From: Xylanibacter ruminicola 23 | GTDB lineage: Bacteria; Bacteroidota; Bacteroidia; Bacteroidales; Bacteroidaceae | Direction: 5' to 3' | DNA: 32,000 nt | Assembly: GCF_000025925.1 (NCBI RefSeq) | Contig: NC_014033.1 | Coordinates: 1 to 32,000 of the forward strand | Shown here: piece by piece, positions 1 to 8,209 of the stretch | Numbering within the stretch: position 1 is the stretch's first letter | Layout of the letters: each line of letters opens with the position of its first letter | Position numbers and translations under genes: made by a program | The notes under the pieces: generated by a model | What the model was told of the DNA's origin: nothing | The model's database searches: none | What the model saw: only the letters and a program-made list of their open reading frames with translations

Positions 1-97
1 TACCATTTGAGTATTTCTGAATTTAGGTATTTATTTTCGCGTTCGTATAGAAATACTCCACCTGCTGCACCTGCACCACCCAGAATACGAGATTGTA

Positions 98-135
98 TAA
101 AAAATCAGGGCGGCCTATGGTGGGGCTGCCCTGAT
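98..135 (-). terminator. Rho-independent terminator after the 176..2320 lipoprotein gene
   Basis: 12-bp stem 104-115/124-135 (atcagggcggcc / ggctgccctgat, one mismatch) with an 8-nt loop. On the minus strand it is followed by a U5 run (plus-strand A99-A103), about 40 nt past the stop codon. Confidence 0.6.
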
Positions 136-175
136 GATGTTATGTTAGATTCTTTTGTTTGAATCTGTAGTTACT

Positions 176-2320
176 TTACTCTGCTGCGGGCTTTGGAGTG
201 ATGGTACGGTAGCCATCCTTCTTTGTCTCGGTAAGTTTTGTCTCGTCAATAACTAGTTCTGCATCCGTGGCACTGTTGAGGATATAAATTGGAGATGCGC
301 CAGTTTGTCCAGTCTTTGCTTTTAATTGATTGAAGTCATCTCCAAACACTAGGGTACCATTTACACGAGCACCGACTTTATCAGGACCTCCAATGGCTTC
401 TAATAAGCCACCGTTGAGAGTGAGGTTGTTGTCGACACGTAGACCAGGATATGCGCACTTACTCTCCGCAATAATTGAACCCTTACCCTTTATGGTTACG
501 TTATCTGTTAACAGAGCTGCTCTTGTCCAGCTGAGATTATCTTCTCCTGTCAGTGTTGCTGTGATAGCTGTTCCTTCTCCAAGTGTGATTGTAGCATTTT
601 GCAATGCTAATCCGTAATAACCATTCTCACTTTCAGTAACAATCTTTGAGCCATCACCAATTGTAACCTCACCTGTGGTGTTAATAACCATTCCGTAGCC
701 AATTCTACTCCAGTTGTCGGGAGTTCCGATTGCTTCAATTGTTACATTTTTGCCGATTGTCAATTTCTTGTCGCTACCGTTAAAGTCGAAGCCACTTCCG
801 CCGGTGCCTGTAGTTTTAGTAATTACTCTAGCATTATCTTTAATGGTGACTGTGGTATTGTTAGTATATAATCCGCTAGCATTTTTAGCAGCGATAGCTT
901 TTACTTCTGCATTTTCACCAATGGTTATCTCACTATTAGAAGCGGAAATAGCGTAATTACCTGCTTTTTCGTTGCTTACATTAATCTTCTTGTTATCTGC
1001 AATATTCAAGATTACGCCATCTTTTATAATAATACTGTTTAAATTCATGTCCTCGTTTAGAGTGATGGTTGGTGCACCGGCCTTGGTGAATACCCATGTT
1101 GATCCGCCTGTATAGTATCCGCTTCCGTAACTGTCTATACTTAAATTTTTGTAATTAAGAGTACCTTCACCTTTCTTAGTGGCTGGACATTGGATATATA
1201 GTGTTTCGCATTCATTTTCACCAATCAAAGTAACGTTTGCCTTAGCACCCCATCCATAGATGTCGTGTGTACCGTCATATTCTACCCATCCGTGTTTATC
1301 ACCGATATTGATAGAACGGTCTTTGCCTAATCTAATGTTGTTAAGTGTTACATTCACTTCTTTTCCTGTAACGCCGCCAACAACAACGTTCAGAGAGTCT
1401 AAGGTTGGGCCGGATTGTGTAACGATAAATGATTTACCATCTTCAACTTCCTGACTAAATGTAGCAGGCCAGCCGTTATTGATGTTGTTCATGTACCATG
1501 TGTTATTTGGATCTGTACGCATGTAGGCATCCCATTTTGTCAAATCAACACCAGTCTGGATGAATGGAATTCCACCTATGTAATTTGATACTTTACCTGC
1601 AGCCAACGTGGGATAATCGGCTAATTTGAATGTTCCGCCACGAGTATATCCGTCCTTACTATCTGATGAAATAGTGTATTCTGTCTCTGGATCAGTATTC
1701 ATAGGTAAAGCTATATACAAATCTGTTGATGTGTAGGGATCAAATTCTTCATTAACAGTCCATTCGAATGTCTGATTGCCTTCTACAAATAAGATTTTAT
1801 CACCACCTTTAATGTAACCTAATGAAGTATAGGCGATGGCAGCTGTATTATCCATCTTGGCAGATGCTGTGGTCAGGGTGCCTGAGTTAGCATTGTAAAT
1901 CTTAATGGGAACTTCGGCAGTCTGAACTATACCATTTTCGATGGCAGATTTCAGTGTTCCATCCTGTTTTGTCAGATCGTTGCCAATCTTGGTGGTTATA
2001 ATCAGGTTATTGCCAATGGAACCGGTTAATGTGCCAGCATATGTGCCATAGTCGCCTATCGCAGGAGCTGCATCTGTAGTAATGGTTCCCATAAGTGTAT
2101 TCTCCTCGTTAAGTACATAGAGAGTAGTAGGTGCCTTATAGGTATAAGGTACGCTGTTCTCATCAACTGCTCCGTTAAAATCAAAATCTGCGAATTTTAC
2201 GCTTACTGAGTAGTTCCACGACTGAGCGGGATCCTGTGCTGGGTTGTCTACTACGTCTTCGCACGAGTAGAATGCAAAGCCCGTCATTAAGAGGGCTGCA
2301 AACAAAAATAGTTTTTTCAT
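176..2320 (-). CDS. Putative surface lipoprotein with C-terminal parallel-beta-helix-like repeats (adhesin-like); family not recognised
   Basis: The ORF track gives 176..2374. I moved the start to the internal ATG at 2320 (MKKLFLFAALLMTGFAFYSC) because a signal peptide plus lipobox Cys follows this Met and a TAnnTTTG box sits at 2372-2379, inside the longer version. Acidic residues after the Cys (CEDVVD) resemble the Bacteroidota surface-lipoprotein export signal. The last ~300 aa consist of degenerate ~25-aa turns (VTIKDNARVITK.., LTIGKNVTIEAIG.., VTIGDGSKIVTE.., ITLGEGTAITAT.., VTIKGKGSIIAE.., LTLNGGLLEAIG..). Confidence 0.6.
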   Translation of the reverse strand: MKKLFLFAALLMTGFAFYSCEDVVDNPAQDPAQSWNYSVSVKFADFDFNGAVDENSVPYTYKAPTTLYVLNEENTLMGTITTDAAPAIGDYGTYAGTLTGSIGNNLIITTKIGNDLTKQDGTLKSAIENGIVQTAEVPIKIYNANSGTLTTASAKMDNTAAIAYTSLGYIKGGDKILFVEGNQTFEWTVNEEFDPYTSTDLYIALPMNTDPETEYTISSDSKDGYTRGGTFKLADYPTLAAGKVSNYIGGIPFIQTGVDLTKWDAYMRTDPNNTWYMNNINNGWPATFSQEVEDGKSFIVTQSGPTLDSLNVVVGGVTGKEVNVTLNNIRLGKDRSINIGDKHGWVEYDGTHDIYGWGAKANVTLIGENECETLYIQCPATKKGEGTLNYKNLSIDSYGSGYYTGGSTWVFTKAGAPTITLNEDMNLNSIIIKDGVILNIADNKKINVSNEKAGNYAISASNSEITIGENAEVKAIAAKNASGLYTNNTTVTIKDNARVITKTTGTGGSGFDFNGSDKKLTIGKNVTIEAIGTPDNWSRIGYGMVINTTGEVTIGDGSKIVTESENGYYGLALQNATITLGEGTAITATLTGEDNLSWTRAALLTDNVTIKGKGSIIAESKCAYPGLRVDNNLTLNGGLLEAIGGPDKVGARVNGTLVFGDDFNQLKAKTGQTGASPIYILNSATDAELVIDETKLTETKKDGYRTITPKPAAE

Positions 2321-2371
2321 ACGCTCTATTGTTAAAGGGTTAATAATAAATGTTTTTAGATATTGTTTCTG

Positions 2372-2379
2372 CAAATATA
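2372..2379 (-). promoter_or_regulatory. Bacteroidota sigma-A type -7 box (TAtaTTTG) for the 176..2320 gene
   Basis: Plus strand reads caaatata, which is tatatttg on the minus strand and matches TAnnTTTG. It lies about 50 nt upstream of the ATG at 2320 and downstream of the 2422-2460 terminator. Confidence 0.5.
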
Positions 2380-2421
2380 CGTAAAAAAACTATTGGTTGT
2401 ACTATTTAATGGTTAATAAAT

Positions 2422-2460
2422 ACTAAACGCCGCCAAAATTATTTTTTGGCGACGTTTAGT
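2422..2460 (-). terminator. Hairpin terminator after the 2490..3605 gene
   Basis: 17-bp stem 2422-2438/2444-2460 (actaaacgccgccaaaa / ttttggcgacgtttagt, 16 of 17 paired) with a 5-nt loop. The minus-strand tail is A/U-rich (auuuauu). Confidence 0.55.
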
Positions 2461-2489
2461 AGGGATAAATATCGTGTTTTTGTCGATAA

Positions 2490-3605
2490 TTATTTAATCA
2501 CAACCTTCTTTCCGCTTTGAATGTATATACCAGGACGGAGGGTTTTGGCGTTGGCCTTGGTACCGGTGAGGGTATAGATGGTATCATCGGCTTTGTTTTT
2601 GGTATCTGCATTGATGTTGCGGATGCCTGTATATTCACCGCTGCTGAGTGCTTGGAAATCACCTGTATATTCCTCAGGGATATTCAGCCAACAGGTATTC
2701 ATAGGGATATAGTGTTTCTTGGTAAGATAGTCGCTGGTGGCTTTAACGAATGCCAGTTCGCCAGCGTCGTTCTTACCTAACACACGCATGCTGCTCTCGT
2801 CGTAGCGTACGTTTACCTTGTGGCCGCTGGTGGTGCTGGCAAAGTAGGTCCCGCCCAGCATGTTGCTTGCTGGTGCAGTTGTTTCATCGGTTACAGGTAT
2901 TACCTTGTTGTTGGCGGGATCGTTGCTGCTGCACATAAATACTAATGGTGTTGCAGCAGGAATAACCTCGCTGGTAATCTCCTGCAGTCGGCACTTGCCT
3001 TCGGCTATCGCATCAACATAATAGAACTTGATGCCGCTTGATGCTGCCTTAAAGGGATAGCTGGCATAAAGAGTGCCGTAGTAGTTGTCGCCAACCTGTA
3101 CAGTGGGTTGCAAGCCAATATAGTTGTTTTCGGTATCAACAGGGATAAAGCTCCAGTACTGATAAGCCGAATTGCCGCTACGCTTTACGTAGCCCTCACC
3201 ATCAACATCTTCTTCGCTATCGTATAGTCGACCTTCCATACCATTGTATGTAACTGCCAAGATGTAACCGGAATCCTTTGGCCTTAGTTCTAAATATGTC
3301 CTTCCTCCTGTGATGGCATAGATACCTGTTCCTTGTACTTTCAAGTCGTATTTTGAATCGTGCTGTTCAACGTAGATGATAGATGCAGGATTGCTCTTTA
3401 CTTTATCGAAACCACTCCATGTTACGATATTACTCAAATCAACATTAGTACTTGAGTAATCTACAGTTCCCACTGCATTATCTCTGAGTGTGATGTAGCG
3501 TGAACTTGCATTGTTTTGGACACGGTAAAAACCGTTGGCTACCTGTGCAATAGCCTGAAATGTTGTAAGGATGCTTACGAGAGTGATTAGAACTATTCTT
3601 TTCAT
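2490..3605 (-). CDS. Secreted protein with a T9SS (Por) C-terminal sorting domain; the N-terminal half may be ricin/beta-trefoil-like
   Basis: N-terminal signal peptide (MKRIVLITLVSILTTFQAIAQ). The C-terminus DTIYTLTGTKANAKTLRPGIYIQSGKKVVIK matches the typical T9SS CTD ending (..Y.L.G..V.....L..GIYI.NGKKV.IK). The N-terminal GFYRVQN..RYITL and YQYWSF (QxW-like) motifs hint at a beta-trefoil lectin fold, which is unverified. Confidence 0.7.
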   Translation of the reverse strand: MKRIVLITLVSILTTFQAIAQVANGFYRVQNNASSRYITLRDNAVGTVDYSSTNVDLSNIVTWSGFDKVKSNPASIIYVEQHDSKYDLKVQGTGIYAITGGRTYLELRPKDSGYILAVTYNGMEGRLYDSEEDVDGEGYVKRSGNSAYQYWSFIPVDTENNYIGLQPTVQVGDNYYGTLYASYPFKAASSGIKFYYVDAIAEGKCRLQEITSEVIPAATPLVFMCSSNDPANNKVIPVTDETTAPASNMLGGTYFASTTSGHKVNVRYDESSMRVLGKNDAGELAFVKATSDYLTKKHYIPMNTCWLNIPEEYTGDFQALSSGEYTGIRNINADTKNKADDTIYTLTGTKANAKTLRPGIYIQSGKKVVIK

Positions 3606-3631
3606 CGGGTTATCCTATATTAGTTTTCAAG

Positions 3632-3660
3632 AAAAAGCCCAGCCCCAAATGGGACTGGGC
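3632..3660 (-). terminator. Rho-independent terminator after ompA-family gene
   Basis: GC-rich 10-bp stem 3637-3646/3651-3660 (gcccagcccc / gggactgggc, 9 of 10 paired) with a 4-nt loop. A U5 run follows on the minus strand (plus A3632-3636). Confidence 0.7.
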
Positions 3661-3685
3661 TCATCATTTTATCTTAATCTGTAGA

Positions 3686-4840
3686 TTACTCTGCGATTAC
3701 GATAGATACACGGTTGCTGTCGTTGTCAGCGAATGGCTGTACACGAGCACCCTTGCTGTCGTAGCTGATGCGGCTTGCTGCAACGCCAGCCTTCTTCAGA
3801 GCCTTAACAACAACGTCGGCACGACCAGCAGCCAGGCGATCGTTGATGCGATCGTTACCTGTACCTGCGTCAGCGTAACCAGTGATGTTAACCTTAGCCT
3901 CAGGGTTAGCGTTCAGGTACTCTACTACCTCGTTAACCTTCTGCTGCTCGCTCTTGCGGATAACAGTCTTACCGATAGCGAAGAAGATATCGCGGCGGAG
4001 AGCCTCAGTCTTAGCCTCTGGCTCCTCAACCTTAGCAGGAACCTCAACAATCTTCTCAACAATCTTCTCTACGTAGCGGATCTCTGGCTCTGGAGCAGGG
4101 ATGAAACGTGTAGAGTAGGTGTTACCAAGGGCAATCTTCACACCAGCCAGTGCGTTGAAGTACCAATCCCAGTTCTTAGCCTTCTTTGAGTTGTACTTGT
4201 CGTTAAGAGTGTTAGCGCTCAGCTCGAGACCGATGCTAACCTTGTCGCTTACCTTGAAGTCACCCATCAGACCAAACTGACCCATGAGGCGAACCTTTGT
4301 GCCGTCCCACAGATACTCCAGACCCTGGTTTGTGGTGTAAGTAGTACCGTTAGCACCAACGATTGTACCCATAGCGCGGATAGCCTTGTCAGCATCAGCA
4401 GCCTCTGTGTTAGAGAAACCGATGTTCAGACCGATACCAGCGAAAGCGCTCAGGTTGAATACACGGTTAGGATTGAAACCGAACAGTGCGTTAGAAACGT
4501 TGAATGTAGCGTCAATTGTAGGAGCTACGTAGTTCCACTTCCACTTGTACTCCTTGTTAGAAATATCGAACTTGCTACCAGCCTTGCTCTGCCATGCGTT
4601 AACGGCCAAGCGGGCACCCCACAGCTTTGAGAACTGACGGCCTACAGTTGCCTGTACGTTGTATGACAGCAGATCGCCGAAGCTTACCTCACCGAGTGTG
4701 TACTGAGCGCCCAGAGGCTGAATCTGTACATACCAGTGTGGCTCGAAGACGTATTCAGTCGTGCCCTTCTGCTCCTGTGCATTTGCTGAAATACCAGCCA
4801 ACAGCATCAGGCAAGACAATATTGTTTTCTTCATTTTCAT
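3686..4840 (-). CDS. ompA: OmpA-family outer membrane protein (N-terminal beta-barrel plus C-terminal peptidoglycan-binding OmpA_C domain)
   Basis: Signal peptide (..LLAGISANAQ). The N-terminal half is rich in alternating aromatic residues. A Pro/Glu-rich linker follows (PAPEPEIRYVEKIVEKIVEVPAKVEEPEAK). The C-terminus has the OmpA_C signature (NITGYADAGTGNDRINDRLAAGRADVV..L...G......SKG). Codon choice (GGT, GCT, CGT, AAG, AAC) looks like that of a highly expressed gene. Confidence 0.9.
   Translation of the reverse strand: MKMKKTILSCLMLLAGISANAQEQKGTTEYVFEPHWYVQIQPLGAQYTLGEVSFGDLLSYNVQATVGRQFSKLWGARLAVNAWQSKAGSKFDISNKEYKWKWNYVAPTIDATFNVSNALFGFNPNRVFNLSAFAGIGLNIGFSNTEAADADKAIRAMGTIVGANGTTYTTNQGLEYLWDGTKVRLMGQFGLMGDFKVSDKVSIGLELSANTLNDKYNSKKAKNWDWYFNALAGVKIALGNTYSTRFIPAPEPEIRYVEKIVEKIVEVPAKVEEPEAKTEALRRDIFFAIGKTVIRKSEQQKVNEVVEYLNANPEAKVNITGYADAGTGNDRINDRLAAGRADVVVKALKKAGVAASRISYDSKGARVQPFADNDSNRVSIVIAE
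4043..4066 (-). repeat. Perfect 12-bp tandem duplication (ctcaacaatctt x2) inside the OmpA linker
   Basis: 4043-4054 is identical to 4055-4066. It encodes the EKIVEKIVE repeat between the barrel and the OmpA_C domain. Confidence 0.85.
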
Positions 4841-4876
4841 ATTCTGTTTACTAATTATTTAATTCGCGAATGTTAA

Positions 4877-6862
4877 TTACTTCACAGTGATGTTGTACTT
4901 CTTAGATACCTGGTTGCCATAGAAGTCGAGAGCGCTGTAGATAACAGTGTACTTACCAGCCTTCAGGTTAGCCTCAATCTTCTTGAAGTCCTTGTCACCC
5001 TTAGTCATGAGCTTCTGAACTGCGAATGAACCGTCAGCAGCCTTGATAGCAACGTACTTCTTGAATGCAGGAGCGAAGAGCTCGTTGGTTACTGTGGTAG
5101 GAACGAGAGTTACCTTACCAGCAGGAATAACCTGACCCTCGAAGAAGCGAGTTACGTTGTAGTTCTCACCAGCCTGGAACAGGATAACTGGCTCGAGAAT
5201 ACGTGTCAGACCATCGTTAGCAACCTTTGTGATAACGCGGTTGATCTCACGCTCCAAGAAGTCGCTTACGCGAACCTCGAAGGTCTTTGTGCGATCAGCG
5301 TAGCTTGTAACGTTAGCCTGCAGGCTCTTGATCTCGTTGATGATTGACTGGATGTCAACGTTAGCACCGTTCAGCGAACCGTTAACCTCTCCGAGCAGAG
5401 TGTTTACTGCAGCAGTCAAGTCAGCATCGATAGTTGTGGTGTGATGTGTAGTATAAACTGCACCAGGATTAGAACCATCAGTATTAATTACAACATCTGG
5501 TGCTGTTGGATTTACCCAGATATGAAGAGTCTGAGAGGTTTTGAACTGATTCAGCTGAGCAGTTGTCAGATTAATGTTAGCGATAGTGATATTGTTGATA
5601 CCAATGCTGTTAACCTTGTTTGCAATCTTGTTCAGAATGCGAGCAACCTGACGGTCGATCTTGTCGAGGCTTACCTGACGGCCGTCAACGAGGTCCTTAC
5701 CGAAGTCGAATGACAGTGGCTTGTAAGCTGTAGCAGCGATAGAGTAGTCAGACAGTACGCTACGAACACCTACTGTATCCTCCCACTGAGCCTCGAGAGC
5801 CAGAGCGGGCAGAGAAGGAACCTTAGCCTGCAGCAGAGAAGCTACAATCTGAGCAGAGTTCTTCAGAACGCTCTTAGTTGTGCTCTTGGTCAGGTCTGCG
5901 TAGTTGTTACGGTTAACATCCTGAGCAGCAGCCTTAACCTCGCTCAGAATAGCGCGAACGTCAGCAGCGATACCCTTATAGTCGATAATCTCGGCAGGAG
6001 CGATAGTAGCGAGGTCAGTAGCCTCGAGGTCGATACCAGCCTGAGCCTTCCACAGAACGGGCTTGAACTCGTCAGCACGTGTGATACCCCATGTCAGAAC
6101 AGAAGTAGTATCCTTCTCAGCGTCCTTCAGAGAGATTGTTACGAAGCTCTCGTTATTCTGGCTGTCAACCAGCTTCAGAGCCTTCAGGTTCTTAACGTTA
6201 ACGTTAGATGGGTTCAGAGTGAACCAAACTGTACCAGCGTCAGCCAGCTCAGTCTCTTCGTCAGCCTTTGGCAGGATGTCGCCGTTGCTCCAGCTGTACT
6301 GGTCAACACCAGCGAAGTCAGCAGCCTCAAGAGCTGTACCGTGACCAGCCATAGTTGTTGTTGAAGGGAACTTACCAGTTGTGGTAGCCTTACCCATAGC
6401 AGTGCCGAGGAACTGAAGGTTCAGACCTGGGAACAGCTTGCTATTGTCGAGAATGCTTGTAGATGTAGCGTTAACAGTTACGCTAGTAACCATCTTCTGG
6501 AGAGCCTCAACGATAGTGTTGATCTTAGTCTCAACCTGTGTGAGCTGACCCTCGATGGTCTTTGTTACCTGAGCCAGGCTATCCTTCTCCTGCTCCAGAG
6601 TAGATACACGGTTCTTCAGGCTTGTAACGTCGCTCTTCAGAGTCTTGATGTCGCTCTCAGCAGTGTCCATACGGCCTTCGAGTGCATCGATGTCCTTCTC
6701 AGCCTGCTCTACGCGTGGCTCGAGGTTAGCCTTAACGGCATTTACCTGTGCCATCAAGTCTGTCTTTACATCCTCGCTTGTGTCCTTACAAGAAACGAAT
6801 GATGTTGATGTAGCACCTACGAGGGCTACCATCAGAATACCATTGATAATTTTCTTTTTCAT
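4877..6862 (-). CDS. Lipoprotein with an N-terminal ~100-aa coiled coil and a C-terminal Ig-like domain; function unknown
   Basis: Signal peptide plus lipobox (LVGATSTSFVSC|KDTSED). Residues ~30-125 are heptad-like (VEQAEKDIDALEGRMDTAESDIKTLKSDVTSLKNRVSTLEQEKDSLAQV..). The C-terminus (GKYTVIYSALDFYGNQVSKKYNITVK) resembles PKD/HYR-type Ig-like domains. Only 36 nt separate it from ompA, and its codon bias resembles ompA. Confidence 0.75.
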   Translation of the reverse strand: MKKKIINGILMVALVGATSTSFVSCKDTSEDVKTDLMAQVNAVKANLEPRVEQAEKDIDALEGRMDTAESDIKTLKSDVTSLKNRVSTLEQEKDSLAQVTKTIEGQLTQVETKINTIVEALQKMVTSVTVNATSTSILDNSKLFPGLNLQFLGTAMGKATTTGKFPSTTTMAGHGTALEAADFAGVDQYSWSNGDILPKADEETELADAGTVWFTLNPSNVNVKNLKALKLVDSQNNESFVTISLKDAEKDTTSVLTWGITRADEFKPVLWKAQAGIDLEATDLATIAPAEIIDYKGIAADVRAILSEVKAAAQDVNRNNYADLTKSTTKSVLKNSAQIVASLLQAKVPSLPALALEAQWEDTVGVRSVLSDYSIAATAYKPLSFDFGKDLVDGRQVSLDKIDRQVARILNKIANKVNSIGINNITIANINLTTAQLNQFKTSQTLHIWVNPTAPDVVINTDGSNPGAVYTTHHTTTIDADLTAAVNTLLGEVNGSLNGANVDIQSIINEIKSLQANVTSYADRTKTFEVRVSDFLEREINRVITKVANDGLTRILEPVILFQAGENYNVTRFFEGQVIPAGKVTLVPTTVTNELFAPAFKKYVAIKAADGSFAVQKLMTKGDKDFKKIEANLKAGKYTVIYSALDFYGNQVSKKYNITVK

Positions 6863-6934
6863 TGAACTTAAAAATTATAATTAAACAAATAAATAAAACA
6901 ATAATATCGTACGTTAATTTATATAAATCGGTGA

Positions 6935-6942
6935 CAAAAGTA
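6935..6942 (-). promoter_or_regulatory. -7 box (TActTTTG) for the coiled-coil lipoprotein/ompA transcription unit
   Basis: Plus strand reads caaaagta, which is tacttttg on the minus strand. It lies 73 nt upstream of the ATG at 6862. Confidence 0.55.
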
Positions 6943-7071
6943 GGAAATATAATTGAAACTTGCAAGAAATATTAGGTTTTTTTTTCAAAAAACCGCAAAT
7001 TTCTGCCGAAATACCTGCAATATGGTAGTTTTTTCCATTTATAGCTCCTTTTTATGTTATTTTAAGTGATG

Positions 7072-7152
7072 TGCGCCTGACAGGACTCGAACCTGCACGT
7101 CGTAAACACTAGATCCTAAGTCTAGCGCGTCTACCAATTCCGCCACAGGCGC
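7072..7152 (-). tRNA. tRNA-Leu (anticodon UAG)
   Basis: The reverse complement folds as a cloverleaf. The acceptor stem is GCGCCTG/CAGGCGC plus discriminator A. The anticodon stem is CTAGA/TCTAG with loop CTTAGGA (anticodon TAG). It has a long variable arm and a T-loop GGTTCGAGTCC. No CCA is encoded. Confidence 0.9.
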
Positions 7153-7164
7153 TTTATCGGGGGG

Positions 7165-7172
7165 CAAAGGTA
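7165..7172 (-). promoter_or_regulatory. -7 box (TAccTTTG) for tRNA-Leu
   Basis: Plus strand reads caaaggta, which is tacctttg on the minus strand. It ends 12 nt upstream of the mature tRNA 5' end. Confidence 0.6.
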
Positions 7173-7213
7173 CTGCTTTTTTTTGTTTTAAGCAAGGATT
7201 TATTGTATTTTTT

Positions 7214-8209
7214 TTAATTATTATTAAGTAAGGTACGCGCGTGTTCTATTATTGTATCTTTACCTTTGTTAAAATCTTCGTCGGTCAGCGCCACGTTGTA
7301 GTCGGGATCGATACCAAACTCGGTTTGGTTATGGTTGGCATCGTAGGTGGGGCAGGCCGAGAAACGTACTGTCCAACCGTTAGGCAGACTGGCGGTGAAG
7401 GGTAGGCCACTGCCACCACCGGTACGGTCGCCCACTACGGTTACCTGTGGCATGCACTTCATATAGGTGGTAAACTCGTTGGCAGCACTAAACACACCGC
7501 GGTTGGTAAGCAGTACCACCTTTTTCTGCCAGCGCAAGTTGCTGCTGGGCTCTATATACTGTGGCTCCTGTGCTGAGAAGTCGTTATGACCTTTACCGGT
7601 TTTATGCTGTATGTAGCCAACCGGTGTTTTCTGATTGCAGAAACGGGCGGCCAATTTTTCGGCATTGGTCAGGTCGCCACCGCCGTTACTTCGAATGTCG
7701 AGTATCATGCCCTGGCAGAACATGAGGTGCTGTATCACCTCGTCGAGATTACCTTCGCCCACAGCACTTGAAAAGCTGCCATAATATACATAGCCGATGT
7801 TATCGTCGAGGATGCGGTAGCGCAGGCCACCGGCAATACGGTAGTCGGTGCCTAAGTAACGACGCTGCAGGGTATCGCTGAAGTTGGTGGGGTAGTCCTC
7901 GTGCCAGTTCCAGTAACGACCGTTGTCGAACGCGGTGTAGAGGTTTACATGTCCGTCGCGCAGTTTGGATAGCATATCGGTGAGCACCTCGAACAGCTGC
8001 TCGCGGTTCATATTGTCGTTTACACGTACCTTGTAGGTCTGGTAAATCTGGTTCCAATCGATATCTTTGTAGTCGAAAAAGCAGTAGTGCTCATCGATGA
8101 TATGCCACAAGGCCTCGAAGTTGCCTGTGGGTGTATCGGGGCGTTCTTCCTCCTTTACGCAGGAAGTTATGGAAAAAATCAAGAGAATTAACAGCGTTAT
8201 CTTTTTCAT
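7214..8209 (-). CDS. S41-family peptidase lipoprotein (C-terminal processing peptidase-like)
   Basis: Lipoprotein signal (LLIFSITSC|VKEEE). S41 motifs are ILDIRSNGGGD and the catalytic-Ser region LLTNRGVFSAANEF. Its ATG overlaps the stop of the upstream gene (ATGA at 8206-8209). Confidence 0.85.
   Translation of the reverse strand: MKKITLLILLIFSITSCVKEEERPDTPTGNFEALWHIIDEHYCFFDYKDIDWNQIYQTYKVRVNDNMNREQLFEVLTDMLSKLRDGHVNLYTAFDNGRYWNWHEDYPTNFSDTLQRRYLGTDYRIAGGLRYRILDDNIGYVYYGSFSSAVGEGNLDEVIQHLMFCQGMILDIRSNGGGDLTNAEKLAARFCNQKTPVGYIQHKTGKGHNDFSAQEPQYIEPSSNLRWQKKVVLLTNRGVFSAANEFTTYMKCMPQVTVVGDRTGGGSGLPFTASLPNGWTVRFSACPTYDANHNQTEFGIDPDYNVALTDEDFNKGKDTIIEHARTLLNNN

Noticed and set aside
1-175. Open frames at the left edge. 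Plus frame 1 is open from 1 to about 162. A minus-strand frame reads ..ILGGAGAAGGVFLYERENKYLNSEILKW and runs off the window; it resembles a glycine-zipper or YtxH-like protein.
   Set aside because: The plus-frame translation is Pro/Arg-rich nonsense and runs through the terminator hairpin. The minus-frame peptide looks plausible, but I found no ATG, GTG or TTG start between the in-frame stop (tga in ccctgatttttt) and the peptide, and no promoter box. It cannot be supported from this window alone and is worth re-checking with the adjacent sequence.
2321-2374. Longer N-terminal extension proposed by the ORF track (MQKQYLKTFIINPLTIER...). A similar 15-codon extension is proposed for parA (25257..25301).
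   Set aside because: In both cases a TAnnTTTG promoter box lies inside the extension. In both cases the internal Met is followed immediately by the expected N-terminal feature: a signal peptide with lipobox for the lipoprotein, and the Walker A motif KGGVGKTT for parA.
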